From contig CAMJCK010000011.1 in NCBI GenBank assembly GCA_946404125.1, forward strand, positions 5,932 to 69,931: 64,000 nucleotides of DNA, read 5' to 3'. This document shows, in pieces, positions 46,673 to 56,596 of the stretch (positions within the stretch are counted from its first letter, which is position 1; every line of letters begins with the position of its first letter). Made by a program: the position numbers and the translations under genes. This DNA comes from an uncultured Bacteroidota bacterium (lineage in GTDB: Bacteria; Bacteroidota; Bacteroidia; Bacteroidales; SZUA-534). The notes below the pieces were generated by a model. That model did no database searches, had not been told where the DNA came from, and saw only the letters and a list, made by a program, of their open reading frames with translations.

Positions 46673-49600
46673 ATGTTTAAAAGAATTTTGTTTTTAGGTT
46701 TTTCCATTTGTCTTGCGCAAGGCATTAAAGCACAAAAAACTGATAGTGGTTGGTATGTTCCAGGTTACACGGAACAAATAGCAATGAGTTATTTTAACAG
46801 CACTACAATGCTTGCGCCAGTAGAAGGAATATGGCAGAGTTCTGATGGTTACAAGTATGCCATTGAAAAAGATGTGGAAAATGGACGAAGAGTTTCAAGT
46901 AAATTTAGGGTGATCGTTATAGAATCAAGTTTTGATGGTTGGGAACTTGGGGAAATTAAAGGATTTATAACGCAAGGTAGTGTTGAAAGCATTTATTCGT
47001 TCAAATACTATACACGACCGTCTGATAGGTCAAGCACATCATCGCAAAATGTTTTTCTGATGATTGAAAGCCCTGTCATAATGACTTTCGAAAGGATTGA
47101 TGCAAGTGGAAAAATAGCTATGTATAGAATCTATCCTCAAGTAGATGGAAGTGTTGGCGGAGGTTCTGCTTCGCAAAGCATTGCGCCACAATGGTATGGC
47201 TCGGGAATTGTGATTGCAGATAAATATATCGCCACAAACAATCACGTGGTTGAGAATGCCCAATCATTGGCAGTAAGTGGCGTTAGTGGTGATTTCAACA
47301 AAACATACAAAGTGCAAGTTGTTGCAGTGGACAAAAATAACGACCTTGCTATTGTTAAAGTTATTGATGAGAAGTTTCAAGGGTTTGGAATGATACCATA
47401 CGGATTCAATTTTTCCACAGTTGATGTGGGTACAGAAATCTTTGCTTTGGGTTATCCAAAGACAGATATTATGGGTTATGAAGTGAAAGTTACGAATGGA
47501 ATCATAAATTCTAAAACAGGTTTTCAAGGCGATGTTTCAAGGTATCAGATGTCCGCGACAATAACTAATGGTAATAGTGGTGGGCCAGTGTTTGATTATA
47601 AAGGAAATCTGATTGGAATCTCTGTGAGCGGAATTGCAAAAGCAGATGTCGCACAAAATGTTAACTATGCTGTAAAATCGATTTATTTGCAGACGCTTAT
47701 TCAAAGTTGTACTGAAAAAATAAATGTCCCGAATGGAAATATTATCGCCAATTTCCAATTGTCTGATAAAATTAAAGCCATTACGCCTTTTGTATTAATG
47801 ATTATTGCCAACACAGAAACAGGTAATGGTATATATTCTACAAGTGGAATTTCTCAAGGCTCACCAATGCCACAACAAGGTCCCGACAAGGAAAGAGCAG
47901 AGTTTCTTGAAAAACGTGCAAGAGAGAAGTATGGCAATCAAGATTATTACGGAGCTTATGCCGACATTAAAGAATCGGTAAGACTTTTCCCCAAACCGGA
48001 ATCGCATCATTTAAGATATTACGTTGCTTTAACTGTAGGTAATGATACAGCATTGGCAATAGAATCCTTAAAATATTGCATCAGCAATAATTATGAATTG
48101 GAAGATTGTAATGGCGCTTTGGGGTATATTTATAGTATTCAAAAAAAATACAATGAAGCTATAACGTATTTGACAAGTGCTTTGGCAGAAAACAAGAGAA
48201 ATGTTGGTGCGTTATATACTAGAGCTCTATGTAAAACAGGGCTTAATGATAAAGTAGGGGCAATTGCTGATTATATGCAGGCGATAAAATATGAAGGACT
48301 TGTTGATGGCAACTATGGAACCATATACAATAATTTAGCCTTTGCATACCTTCAAATGAACAATTATGAACTTGCCGAAAAATATATAAAGGAGGCATTG
48401 AAACGCGAACGTATGGAATGGTATATCTGGGACACTGATGGTGAATTAGCTTACAAAATAGGAGATTATGAGCGGTGCGTTAAAAGTATGAATAATGCAA
48501 TAACCATTAATAAATACGAGAACTCCTATTATTATAGGATATTGGCTAAAATCAAATTGAATAATCTTTTAGGCGCTTATCACGATATAGAAATATTGAA
48601 GACAATGAATAAAGAAAGAGCCGATTCTCTAATACGTACGATTGATGTGAGTAAAATCGACTTTGAACAAGAAGACGGTTATGAAGAAATAATTGCTACA
48701 CCAATAGTTGGAAATAAAAGTCATAATTATTTGTATGTTAAAGCTATAGAAAAAACATCTGAATATACGGCAATTCATTTTATTATTAGTGCTGTTGGTA
48801 CTGACGGATATTCATATAATGTTGACAGAAACAGCTTTATTCAAGATGAAACCGAAAAATATTATCTACTCAAGGCTGATAAAATTGCTTTAAATCCGCA
48901 AGTGAGCAATGTTTGGCCAAATATGAAGGAGGAATTTGTTTTGTACTTCCCCGCTGTCAACAAGGAGTGCACTTCTTTGAGTTTTTATAATGAGGTTGGT
49001 GATGTGTGGTTTATACATAATATCCAAATGAAATCGTCGGTTATAAAAAATGAGGATTGGAATAAGACACAAAAAGGAGGTTCCGTAGGTTCAAGTAATG
49101 TTAAATACTTACCAGGTGCAATGCAAATTAATGTTGATGGTTATGGAACCATTGAAATGATAAAGGTTGAGGCCGGGTCGTTTAAAATGGGAGCGACAAA
49201 AGAACAAGGAGCTGGTGGCGTGGACAATAATGAGTATCCCGTTCATAGTGTAACCATTGTTAATGATTATTATATCGGTAAGTTCGAAGTTACTCAACGT
49301 TTATGGAATTTTGTTATGAAAAAAAATCCATCAGGATATATTGGAGATGAGTTGCCAGTAGCCAATGTTACCTGGAAAGAATGCCAAGAATTTATAGTAA
49401 AATTAAGAGTGTTAACAGGTAAGAATTTTCGATTACCTACTGAAGCAGAATGGGAATTTGCCGCGCGTGGAGGTAATAAAAGTTGTGGTTACAAGTATAG
49501 TGGGAGTAACGTCCTAGATGATGTTGCTTGGCATAGGGTAAATGCCCGAGGTCGGTTGCAATTGGTCGGAACTAAACGGCCTAACGAATTAGGAATTTAC

Positions 49601-49819
49601 GATATGAGTGGTAATGTTCTTGAATGGTGTTATGATTACTATGGTAAATATAATTTGAACTCCCAGGCAAGCCCCAAAGGTCCAGAGTCGGGAGTTAGGC
49701 GCGTATTGCGTGGAGGCGCTGTAAGGTGGGAATCTACAGGATGCCGAGTGTCGGCCAGATATGGTGAACGCGCAGGAGAAAGAGATGAACATTTTGGTTT
49801 TAGGTTGGCGTGTGATTAA
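46673..49819 (+). CDS. Exported multidomain protein: trypsin-like (Trypsin_2) protease - TPR repeats - beta domain - FGE-sulfatase (SUMF1) domain
   Basis: Signal peptide; ATNNHVV, NDLAI, GNSGGP; TPRs; RLPTEAEWEFAARGG, PNELGIYDMSGNVLEW, GFRL; AT-rich. Confidence 0.85.
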   Translation: MFKRILFLGFSICLAQGIKAQKTDSGWYVPGYTEQIAMSYFNSTTMLAPVEGIWQSSDGYKYAIEKDVENGRRVSSKFRVIVIESSFDGWELGEIKGFITQGSVESIYSFKYYTRPSDRSSTSSQNVFLMIESPVIMTFERIDASGKIAMYRIYPQVDGSVGGGSASQSIAPQWYGSGIVIADKYIATNNHVVENAQSLAVSGVSGDFNKTYKVQVVAVDKNNDLAIVKVIDEKFQGFGMIPYGFNFSTVDVGTEIFALGYPKTDIMGYEVKVTNGIINSKTGFQGDVSRYQMSATITNGNSGGPVFDYKGNLIGISVSGIAKADVAQNVNYAVKSIYLQTLIQSCTEKINVPNGNIIANFQLSDKIKAITPFVLMIIANTETGNGIYSTSGISQGSPMPQQGPDKERAEFLEKRAREKYGNQDYYGAYADIKESVRLFPKPESHHLRYYVALTVGNDTALAIESLKYCISNNYELEDCNGALGYIYSIQKKYNEAITYLTSALAENKRNVGALYTRALCKTGLNDKVGAIADYMQAIKYEGLVDGNYGTIYNNLAFAYLQMNNYELAEKYIKEALKRERMEWYIWDTDGELAYKIGDYERCVKSMNNAITINKYENSYYYRILAKIKLNNLLGAYHDIEILKTMNKERADSLIRTIDVSKIDFEQEDGYEEIIATPIVGNKSHNYLYVKAIEKTSEYTAIHFIISAVGTDGYSYNVDRNSFIQDETEKYYLLKADKIALNPQVSNVWPNMKEEFVLYFPAVNKECTSLSFYNEVGDVWFIHNIQMKSSVIKNEDWNKTQKGGSVGSSNVKYLPGAMQINVDGYGTIEMIKVEAGSFKMGATKEQGAGGVDNNEYPVHSVTIVNDYYIGKFEVTQRLWNFVMKKNPSGYIGDELPVANVTWKECQEFIVKLRVLTGKNFRLPTEAEWEFAARGGNKSCGYKYSGSNVLDDVAWHRVNARGRLQLVGTKRPNELGIYDMSGNVLEWCYDYYGKYNLNSQASPKGPESGVRRVLRGGAVRWESTGCRVSARYGERAGERDEHFGFRLACD

Positions 49820-50332
49820 ATGTGTGAAATAGTGCTTGAATTGATTCTTTCATTTATTAAAGGAATAATACTGCTATTCCGAAAGCCCATTTTGGACGTG
49901 AAATTTAATTATGTCACGTCATCTCAAGTTTTGATGGGTATGAGTTCGTACCAGAACGGAGAAAGCGTTCTCGTGAGAGATGCAAAATCCGATTATTGTC
50001 TGTCGGTTACATACGCTCTTATTGTCACAAATAATTCACCAATAACAGCATATAGTGTAAAATTGGAAAAAAACAATTCATTACCTAATGATAAAAACAC
50101 ATTAGACAAAGGTACTCTGGTTATTGAGGATAAAAATATGACATTGAGAGACGGGGAGAATGTTGCTTATAAAATTACATATTCAAAAGAGTTTTATGGA
50201 AAAACAGGTCACGAGATAAAAAAGATATTAGTGAATTTTCATTGGACTGGAGAAATAAATATTATATACAAAAAGCGGAAACGTGTTTTGCAGAAAATCG
50301 TAAAAATCGAAACCGGGAAAATAGTGCTTTAA
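49820..50332 (+). CDS. Hypothetical protein with N-terminal hydrophobic anchor
   Basis: 170-aa ORF starting immediately after the previous stop codon; same AT-rich composition. Confidence 0.55.
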   Translation: MCEIVLELILSFIKGIILLFRKPILDVKFNYVTSSQVLMGMSSYQNGESVLVRDAKSDYCLSVTYALIVTNNSPITAYSVKLEKNNSLPNDKNTLDKGTLVIEDKNMTLRDGENVAYKITYSKEFYGKTGHEIKKILVNFHWTGEINIIYKKRKRVLQKIVKIETGKIVL

Positions 50333-50404
50333 TTTTAAAGCATTGGGAATGCTAAATAGAGCCACCGCATCGTTTTTCTTAAACTTTGCAGCGTTTTTTT
50401 GTGC

Positions 50405-50715
50405 TCACAGCACCGCCGCAATCTTTCTAATTCCTTTCAAATCATTGGCCACCGTCTTGTTGTTTCGGGTGGTTCGCATATTTTACTTTGTTTGCAGATA
50501 CATTAGTGCGTCAGCGGGGACGTTGAGTGCGGCTTCGAACATAAGAGCGGTTTTGGCTGTCAGCGAGCGGTGTCAGTTCAGTATCTCATTAACCACCGAA
50601 TAGGTAAGGCCAATGTTGTCGGCCCATTGCCGTTGGTTTATGCCGCGTGCTTCTATTTTGTCTTTCAAAACTTTGCCTGGAAGTGTGGAAAATGCTCCGT
50701 AGCCAAATTACCCAC
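50405..50715 (-). pseudogene. higA: HigA-family (XRE) addiction-module antitoxin pseudogene
   Basis: Minus strand reads ...STLPGKVLKDKIEARGINQRQWADNIGLTYSVVNEILN*HRSLTAKTALMFEAALNVPADALMYLQTK*NMRT...IRKIAAVL*. In-frame stops at 50573-50575 and 50483-50485, plus a probable 5' frameshift. Confidence 0.82.
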
Positions 50716-50730
50716 AGTTCTTTCTATTAA

Positions 50731-50770
50731 AAATCTGTGCCAATCTGTTAAATCTGTGTCATCTGCGTTC
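50731..50770. repeat. 9-mer-period AATCTGTG/ATCTGCG repeat array
   Basis: AAATCTGTGCCAATCTGTTAAATCTGTGTCATCTGCGTTC; related to 42751-42823 and 56597-56623. Confidence 0.6.
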
Positions 50771-51758
50771 AGTAATTTTCCTTCTCTCTGTTTTTCACCG
50801 CTTTAGTCATAAACAAGCGCTCGAATTTGTCGAGAGGCATACTGTTGGTGCATTTCACAAAAATGAAGGTGATGATGCAGGCATAGACAAAGCGGAACAG
50901 CACCACGCCCGTCCAGTGGCCGCCCATTGAGAGCATAAGCAGCGTGTCTTCTATAATGCTGTGAAACAGCCCCATAAGCGTCATTGAGTAGAAGATGCCT
51001 TTTATGTCGATGTCCTTCTGGCGGCTCTCTTCAATCAGCAGGCCGCCGCCGTAAGCGATGCCAAGAGTAAGGCCAATAATGGTAATCGGCAGAACTTTCT
51101 GGCTGATTCCCAGCCATTTGAGCGTGGGTTCCATCACTTTGTTCACAATGCGGATTAGCCCAGTAACATCGAGCAAATGCAAGAAGATTACCAAAGTGAA
51201 TATCACGCAAGTGATTATGGCATAGTTTTTTAACTCGTTCAGCGCCCACGCGCCCCAACTTGTTTGCGTTGTGGTGAGGAACGGCGATATGGTGGCTTCG
51301 TCCTGCAAAGCACCGAGCGCGTTGTACATTCTTGACATCAGAATGCCCAGCAGAATGGCGAAAACAAAGCGGATGGCGGTCATCACCCACGCCTTGACGC
51401 CCGTTTTCTGCGCGATGGTAATCTCGATGGGGAAGGTGTGCGCCACCAGCATCATTGTAAACAGAGTGGTCATCTGCGCCACAGTCATCGGTTCCATCTG
51501 CGGATAGATGCTGAAAAGAGTTAGAAAACCGCCGTAAATGTTTACAACCATTGTAGTTAGCCACACAATAGAGGTTTCGGCCGGAAGTCCCACAATCTGC
51601 ATCACCGGCTCAAGGTAGTCGCAGATGTACGATAGCAGTCCCCATTGCTGTATGAATCTGATTATTATTGAGATAGGCACCATAAACTTGAAGAGCGTCA
51701 GGCAGGAGTTCTTGCCGCGGTGCCACACATAATCGAAAAATGCTTGCAGTTGCGCCAT
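50769..51758 (-). CDS. Nucleoside-recognition (Gate) domain membrane protein
   Basis: Two repeated halves (LEPVM..VGLP; MEP.LKWLGI), GL..G..YGGG, HS.IEDT. Confidence 0.75.
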   Translation of the reverse strand: MAQLQAFFDYVWHRGKNSCLTLFKFMVPISIIIRFIQQWGLLSYICDYLEPVMQIVGLPAETSIVWLTTMVVNIYGGFLTLFSIYPQMEPMTVAQMTTLFTMMLVAHTFPIEITIAQKTGVKAWVMTAIRFVFAILLGILMSRMYNALGALQDEATISPFLTTTQTSWGAWALNELKNYAIITCVIFTLVIFLHLLDVTGLIRIVNKVMEPTLKWLGISQKVLPITIIGLTLGIAYGGGLLIEESRQKDIDIKGIFYSMTLMGLFHSIIEDTLLMLSMGGHWTGVVLFRFVYACIITFIFVKCTNSMPLDKFERLFMTKAVKNREKENY

Positions 51759-51830
51759 TGTCAATCTGAATTGAGCCGCGAAAATAGTGCGATTTTCATA
51801 AAAATCAGCAATAAATCCGTCGAGCGTAAA

Positions 51831-52082
51831 TTATTGATATAGCATATTTTCGAGGACGGCAACCGCTTCCGCGATGTCGTTGGCAAAGCGGGAGTGGTCG
51901 CGCAGGAAATCGGCTCGACCGCGGGCCAGAGTCTTGTAAAGTTCCTGGTTCATCTCGTCGGCATAATCGCCAATGGCAATCTCAATATCGTCTTTCTGCC
52001 AGTCGAGAGTGGAGTGGGCGTAGATTCGCTCCTTCTGGTGCAGAAAACTGTAGGCGGTCTCAATGCAGTCTTTCCCAATCAT
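51831..52082 (-). CDS. Hypothetical protein
   Basis: 83-aa ORF with a 4-nt overlap to the DUF4250 gene; host-like codon usage. Confidence 0.6.
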   Translation of the reverse strand: MIGKDCIETAYSFLHQKERIYAHSTLDWQKDDIEIAIGDYADEMNQELYKTLARGRADFLRDHSRFANDIAEAVAVLENMLYQ

Positions 52083-52282
52083 TGCGCATTGTAGTTTTCG
52101 GGGCGGAACTGGCGTTGTTCTTCGCTGTAAACAAATCCGTTGGCCAGCAGTCGGGCTTTAATCTCGTCGGGCTCACGGTTGAAGTTGTAGCAAAGCGATT
52201 CGAGCGAGTCGAATTCCTCATCGCGAAGCAGCATATTGATGCTTGAAACCAGAATAGCGGGGTCGTTAGGCAGAAAGTCCAT
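52079..52282 (-). CDS. DUF4250 domain protein
   Basis: LP.DP.IL.S.IN..LRD...SL..LC......G..Y....QF pattern. Confidence 0.82.
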   Translation of the reverse strand: MDFLPNDPAILVSSINMLLRDEEFDSLESLCYNFNREPDEIKARLLANGFVYSEEQRQFRPENYNAQ

Positions 52283-52400
52283 ATTTCTATTATTTTTTTT
52301 GCCGCAAATGTATCTTTTTCCTCAAAATTGCGTATTAGGGTATGTTTTGCTGTGCGGCAAAATTAATTTGTTGATTTATAAATATTTAAAAAGTTGATAT

Positions 52401-52637
52401 ATGGAAAACAGTGCTTGCGCCAAACTCGAGAAGTGTCCGATTTTTCAAAAAGGCATTTTGGTAAACGATTATACCGGTGTGGCATATAAGAATATGTATT
52501 GCCTTGTGCCCGGCAAGTTTAAAGAGTGCAAGCGATTCCAGGCTTCTACGGCGACAGGCAAACCCGTACCTGAAAGTATTATGCCGAATTCAAAGAAAAG
52601 CTTGGAAGAGATTATTAACATAATCAACTCAAAATAA
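52401..52637 (+). CDS. Small Cys-rich hypothetical protein
   Basis: C-x4-CPIF...YC...CKRF...P..IMPN; own terminator downstream. Confidence 0.65.
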   Translation: MENSACAKLEKCPIFQKGILVNDYTGVAYKNMYCLVPGKFKECKRFQASTATGKPVPESIMPNSKKSLEEIINIINSK

Positions 52638-52667
52638 GATTTTTAGGTTTTTCTTGGAGATAAACTG

Positions 52668-52700
52668 AAGGCCGGATTCTGTAGTCTGGCCTTTTCTTTT
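52668..52700 (+). terminator. Rho-independent terminator
   Basis: AAGGCCGGAT...GTCTGGCCTT followed by T-rich sequence. Confidence 0.6.
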
Positions 52701-52754
52701 TTCTAGATTTTAAAAAAAGTTTTGTCACCCTATTGCAACAAACGGAAAAACCAC

Positions 52755-52762
52755 TACTTTTG
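52755..52762 (+). promoter_or_regulatory. -7 promoter box TACTTTTG for tRNA-Glu
   Basis: TAnnTTTG 25 nt upstream of the tRNA. Confidence 0.6.
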
Positions 52763-52787
52763 CACCCGTCAAAACGACAAACTAACT

Positions 52788-52862
52788 GGTCGATTCGTCT
52801 AACGGTTAGGACGAGAGATTCTCAATCTCTAAATAGGAGTTCGATTCTCCTATCGACTACCA
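52788..52862 (+). tRNA. tRNA-Glu (CTC) with encoded CCA
   Basis: GGTCGAT/ATCGACT acceptor stem; AGAGA-TTCTCAA-TCTCT anticodon arm; AGGAG-TTCGATT-CTCCT T arm. Confidence 0.93.
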
Positions 52863-52887
52863 AAGCTGCGGAAAGGCAGCTTTTTTT
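52862..52887 (+). terminator. Terminator after tRNA-Glu
   Basis: AAAGCTGC-GGAAAG-GCAGCTTT followed by a T tract. Confidence 0.65.
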
Positions 52888-52937
52888 GTTTAAAGCAGTT
52901 TTTGTGCTGTTTATGAACCTTTTAACGATGTATTGTT

Positions 52938-54461
52938 ATGGAAAGACGTGTTAGAGTGCGCTTTGCACCAAGTCCCACAGGAGCCCTTCACATTGGAGGC
53001 GTCCGCACCGCTTTGTACAACTATCTGTTTGCCCGCAGCCACGGCGGCGATTTTATTCTTCGTATCGAAGATACTGACTCTCAGCGTTTTGTGCCTGGGG
53101 CCGAAGCCTATATTATAGAGGCGCTGAAATGGTGCGGCATAAAAACCGACGAAGGCGTAGAGCAGGGCGGACCGCACGCACCTTACCGCCAAAGTGAGCG
53201 CAAGGCAATCTATCTGCAATACGCTCAGCAACTTATCGATTCGGGCAACGCCTACTATGCGTTCGATTCGGCTGAGTCGCTCGACGCTATGCGCAAAGAG
53301 GCAGAGTCGAAAGGACAGACATTTGCATATAACTATCAGGTTCGCAATCAGTTGGAAACATCGCTCAAACTTTCGGCCGACGAGGTTCGTCAGCGCATCG
53401 AGCGTGGTGACCAATGGGTTGTCCGCTTTAAAATGCCTGAAAACGAGAATGTTGAGATGGACGATATAATCCGCGGACACATCACCATCAACACATCGAC
53501 ATTGGACGACAAGGTGCTCTACAAATCGGCCGACCAACTGCCGACCTACCACCTGGCTAACATTGTCGATGACCATCTGATGGAGATTTCGCACGTCATC
53601 CGCGGCGAGGAGTGGCTTCCGTCGCTGCCGCTGCACTACCTGCTTTACCGCGCTTTCGGCTGGACCGACACGCAGCCGCAGTTTGCGCACCTTCCGCTGC
53701 TGCTTAAGCCGCAAGGGCAGGGCAAACTCTCGAAACGCGACGGCGACAAGTTCGGTTTCCCCGTGTTCCCGCTGCGTTGGGTTGCACCCGACGGCGAGGT
53801 TTCGGCTGGATACCGCGAAGACGGCTATCTGCCTGAGGCATTTATAAATATGCTGGCTCTGCTGGGCTGGAATCCTGGTACAGAGCAGGAGATTTTCTCG
53901 ATGGACGAACTCATTTCGGCCTTCTCGCTCGAGAAAGTGAGCAAGGCAGGAGCAAGGTTCAATCCTGAAAAGGCAAAATGGTTCAACGCACAGTATATCC
54001 GCAAGTGCGACGATGCCAAACTTGCTGAATTACTGCTTCCTATGCTCGCCGAGAAGGGCGTTTCAACAACTGCGGAGCGCGCCGCCAAGGCCGTGTCGCT
54101 GATTAAGGAGCGCGCCACTTTCCCCAAGGATTTGCTGCCGCTCACCGAGTATATGTTTGTCGCGCCAAGCAGTTACGACGAAAAGTCGGTTGCCAAGTTC
54201 TGGAAGCCCGAAAATGTTGATAATCTGAAGAAACTGGCCGCCAAACTGGCTGAGTTCGACAAGATTACCGCAGCCGAGACCGAGCCCGCCATTCATCAAT
54301 GGATTGTCGATAACCAAATGTCGATGGGGCAGTTGATGAACACTCTGCGAATCGCCATTCTGGGTATCAGCCAAGGCCCGAGCATCTTCGACATCTGCGA
54401 GTTTATCGGCAAGGATGAGACGCTGAAACGCATTGAAAAGGCTATTGCAACAATCGCGTAA
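52938..54461 (+). CDS. gltX: Glutamate--tRNA ligase
   Basis: RFAPSPTGALHIGG (HIGH), RIEDTD, HVIRGEEW, KLSKR (KMSKS). Confidence 0.97.
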   Translation: MERRVRVRFAPSPTGALHIGGVRTALYNYLFARSHGGDFILRIEDTDSQRFVPGAEAYIIEALKWCGIKTDEGVEQGGPHAPYRQSERKAIYLQYAQQLIDSGNAYYAFDSAESLDAMRKEAESKGQTFAYNYQVRNQLETSLKLSADEVRQRIERGDQWVVRFKMPENENVEMDDIIRGHITINTSTLDDKVLYKSADQLPTYHLANIVDDHLMEISHVIRGEEWLPSLPLHYLLYRAFGWTDTQPQFAHLPLLLKPQGQGKLSKRDGDKFGFPVFPLRWVAPDGEVSAGYREDGYLPEAFINMLALLGWNPGTEQEIFSMDELISAFSLEKVSKAGARFNPEKAKWFNAQYIRKCDDAKLAELLLPMLAEKGVSTTAERAAKAVSLIKERATFPKDLLPLTEYMFVAPSSYDEKSVAKFWKPENVDNLKKLAAKLAEFDKITAAETEPAIHQWIVDNQMSMGQLMNTLRIAILGISQGPSIFDICEFIGKDETLKRIEKAIATIA

Positions 54462-54486
54462 TGAATTGATTGTCAAAAATAACGAT

Positions 54487-54517
54487 AAAAAGGTGCGACA
54501 TTGTTGCACCTTTTTTT
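54487..54517 (+). terminator. Rho-independent terminator of gltX
   Basis: AAAAAGGTGCGACA-T-TGTTGCACCTTTTTTT. Confidence 0.75.
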
Positions 54518-54573
54518 ATTAAAGATTGTTTCAAATTGGCCGCGTTTCTATCTTTGGCGAAAATCTGAAAGAC

Positions 54574-56589
54574 GTGCATTTTCTCTTTCCAACGGTTTTG
54601 TGGGCATTGGCGGCGCTGGCCGTCCCTGTGGTGGTGCATTTGTTCAATTTCCGCCGATACAGGATTTTGCCGTTCAGCAACACGCAGTTTATCAAGGCGA
54701 TACAGAGTGAGCAGCGCACGCGTTACACTTTGCGCCAATGGCTTTTGCTGTTGTTGAGGCTGCTGGCGGTGGCACTCATTGTGCTGGCATTCGCGCAGCC
54801 TTATATCCCTAAAAACGAGGACGATAACATTCAAAAAACACGAGTTGCGGTTTACATTGACAACTCGTTCAGTATGGAGGCTGGCGACGACCACGGAACG
54901 CTGCTCGAACGCGCCAAAACGCAGGCTTGCCAACTGGTTGACGCATTTCCCGTTGGAACGGATTATCTGCTGATAACCAATGATATGGACCCGCAGCAAC
55001 AGCGTTGGGTGGGAGCGGAGCAGTTCTCCGATTGGGTGCGCCGCGTGCAGTCGACGCACATTGTCGCCGAAATTGACGAAGTGCTTCACCGTCAGCAGAT
55101 TATCGGGCGCGACACTAATGTAGTGCTCTATTCGTTCCTGTTCACCGACCTGCACAAGCCGTCGTTCGTGCTCAAAAACTCGCAACCCGACGGCCGTCAG
55201 CATATTTTTCTGACACCCGAAGCCAACGGCTCGCGCAACAATATCAGCGTTGATTCACTGTGGTTTAGCTCGCCTGGATTGTATGTCGGCAAGGTTGAGG
55301 AGATGACCGTCCGCCTGCGCAACCACGGTAGCGAGCCGCTCTCGAACCTTAATCTGCAGGTTTTTGTCAACGACACAATGAAGAACACCGTGCCGTTCTC
55401 GATTGAGCCCAACAGCGCGCTCGACGTGAAGTGCACTTTCCTGCACAGCCGTCAGGGCTGGAACAGCGGCTACGTGGCCATTCAGGATTACCCAATCACG
55501 TTCGATAACCGACTGTTTTTCAGTTTTAACATTCAACGGCATACTAACGTTTTGTGTATCAGCGATAAAACCGATGTTGATTATCTTGCCGCGCTCTACC
55601 GAACCGACAGTGCGGTGCTTTACCGCCGCGTGTCGCCGTTTAGTGTTAAATATGATAAACTTACTGACAATCAGTTGATTGTACTCGATTCGCCCGTACA
55701 GTTGTCGTCGGGAGCGGTGGAGCAGTTGGCCAAGTTTGTGGCGTCAGGCGGACATTTGGTGCTGCTGCCGTCGCGCGAAGGCGATTTCGACCAGTTGCTG
55801 CGAGCCACCAACGGTCCGCAAATGAAGGGGTGGATTGCGCAAAACGGCGCGGCGGCCAATCTGAACACGCGCCACAGCCTTTTCCGCGACGCCTTTTCCG
55901 ACCGCCCCAAAAACTACTCAATGCCCACGTATGACGGATTTTTCGAGGTTGCGGCCACTTCGCGCCAGCGCATAACGCGCCTTTTCGACACCGAGCCAGG
56001 CGGACTGCTGATGTTTGAATACGGCTGCGGGCAAGGCAGAATCTACGTTTCAGCCGTTCCGCTCGCCGCCGCCCGCACCAACCTGATGTTCCACCCCGTT
56101 TTCGTGCCGCTGTTCTACAATATGGCCATTCAGAGCACCACGCCTGGGCGATTGTACACCACGCTTGCCGCCAATATGCAGTTGCCTGTCAATGTGCAAG
56201 ATGCGTCGAAAAATATATCGCTTGTTCAGGCCGATGGCGCGGCGTTTTTTCCCGTCAAGCGGATAGATGGCGGTGGTGTTGTGCTCTATCCCGATGCCGC
56301 CGAACTGACGGCGGGAAACTACTTGCTCAAGGCTGAAAATGGGACTGTTGGATATGCGTCGTTGAATTTCGACCGTGCGGAGTCAGTGCAGCAGTTCTAT
56401 GAGCCCGACGACGCCGCTGAAATGTTGCGGCAGCGCGGGTTTAACGTCGATATTCTGAAGGCGGGCGACTCATTTGCCGATTCGGTGGCAGCCACCCAGA
56501 CCGACTTTGGGCTTTGGCGGCTGTTTGCCTTGCTCGCATTGGTGGTCCTGCTTGCGGAGACGGCGCTGTTGAGGCTTTGGCGGAATTGA
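54574..56589 (+). CDS. BatA N-terminal domain + vWA-like membrane-anchored protein
   Basis: GTG start; F..P..LW.L..L.VPVVVHLFNFRR, YIDNSFSM (vWA DxSxS), C-terminal TM. Confidence 0.85.
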   Translation: MHFLFPTVLWALAALAVPVVVHLFNFRRYRILPFSNTQFIKAIQSEQRTRYTLRQWLLLLLRLLAVALIVLAFAQPYIPKNEDDNIQKTRVAVYIDNSFSMEAGDDHGTLLERAKTQACQLVDAFPVGTDYLLITNDMDPQQQRWVGAEQFSDWVRRVQSTHIVAEIDEVLHRQQIIGRDTNVVLYSFLFTDLHKPSFVLKNSQPDGRQHIFLTPEANGSRNNISVDSLWFSSPGLYVGKVEEMTVRLRNHGSEPLSNLNLQVFVNDTMKNTVPFSIEPNSALDVKCTFLHSRQGWNSGYVAIQDYPITFDNRLFFSFNIQRHTNVLCISDKTDVDYLAALYRTDSAVLYRRVSPFSVKYDKLTDNQLIVLDSPVQLSSGAVEQLAKFVASGGHLVLLPSREGDFDQLLRATNGPQMKGWIAQNGAAANLNTRHSLFRDAFSDRPKNYSMPTYDGFFEVAATSRQRITRLFDTEPGGLLMFEYGCGQGRIYVSAVPLAAARTNLMFHPVFVPLFYNMAIQSTTPGRLYTTLAANMQLPVNVQDASKNISLVQADGAAFFPVKRIDGGGVVLYPDAAELTAGNYLLKAENGTVGYASLNFDRAESVQQFYEPDDAAEMLRQRGFNVDILKAGDSFADSVAATQTDFGLWRLFALLALVVLLAETALLRLWRN

Positions 56590-56596
56590 TGTTAAA

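Noticed and set aside
49700-49819. FGE-sulfatase C-terminus as a diversity-generating retroelement variable region
   Set aside because: No reverse transcriptase or template repeat is visible in the window, and many codons in the would-be variable region end in A/G rather than the NNY pattern expected from AAY templates.
52733-52954. 73-aa ORF
   Set aside because: It overlaps tRNA-Glu and its terminator; spurious.
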